NCBI RefSeq assembly: GCF_006345805.1
Contig: NC_043002.1
Span: 1,612,001 to 1,676,000, forward strand
DNA: 64,000 bases
Direction: 5' to 3'
Origin: Octopus sinensis
Taxonomy: Eukaryota
Below the pieces are notes generated by a model. The model saw only the letters and a list, made by a program, of their open reading frames with translations, made no database searches and had not been told where the DNA came from. Position numbers and translations under genes: made by a program. Shown here piece by piece: positions 63,881 to 64,000 of the stretch; the stretch's first letter is position 1, and each line of letters starts with the position of its first letter.

Positions 63881-64000
63881 ATTCAGTGGGACAGTATTAT
63901 ACACTGTACGTTAGTTATTGATGAAAAGTTTGTGTCGATATATTCGGAAATGCGTGGCTATATCTGAGTGTGTGTGGGAGAGTTCAGTGTATATAGTACA

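Larger units (their letters stand above)
59431..63990 (-). mobile_element. Apparently full-length CR1/L2-group LINE
   Basis: Two long ORFs, a short 3' UTR with a stem-loop, and a 3' tandem (ATCTAAGTTT)2 end in (TA)n. The 5' boundary near the window edge is uncertain. Confidence 0.93.

Overview
AT-rich, microsatellite-saturated animal genomic DNA. It is most likely an octopus/coleoid cephalopod, inferred from the recurrent tRNA-derived SINE families and the repeat landscape. I found no convincing host protein-coding exon; nearly all listed ORFs are artefacts of simple repeats. The window is intronic or intergenic and filled with transposable elements. These are: (i) an apparently intact CR1/L2-group LINE on the minus strand (59431-~63990), whose ORF1 has a Myb/SANT-like N-terminus plus four CCCH zinc fingers and whose ORF2 is an uninterrupted APE+RT frame; (ii) several Penelope-like element (PLE) relics, with at least seven hammerhead-ribozyme-like motifs, often in inverted pairs, one lying downstream of a tRNA-like Pol III promoter; (iii) two tandem ORF1-only (gag-like, CCHC) retroelements whose 3' tail is the same as that of the dominant SINE; (iv) three non-autonomous Helitrons; (v) mariner relics, a hAT MITE with an 8-bp TSD, and R4/Dong-type, RTE and CR1 fragments; (vi) many SINEs and several long fold-back palindromes. 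All alignments and identity estimates were made by eye.
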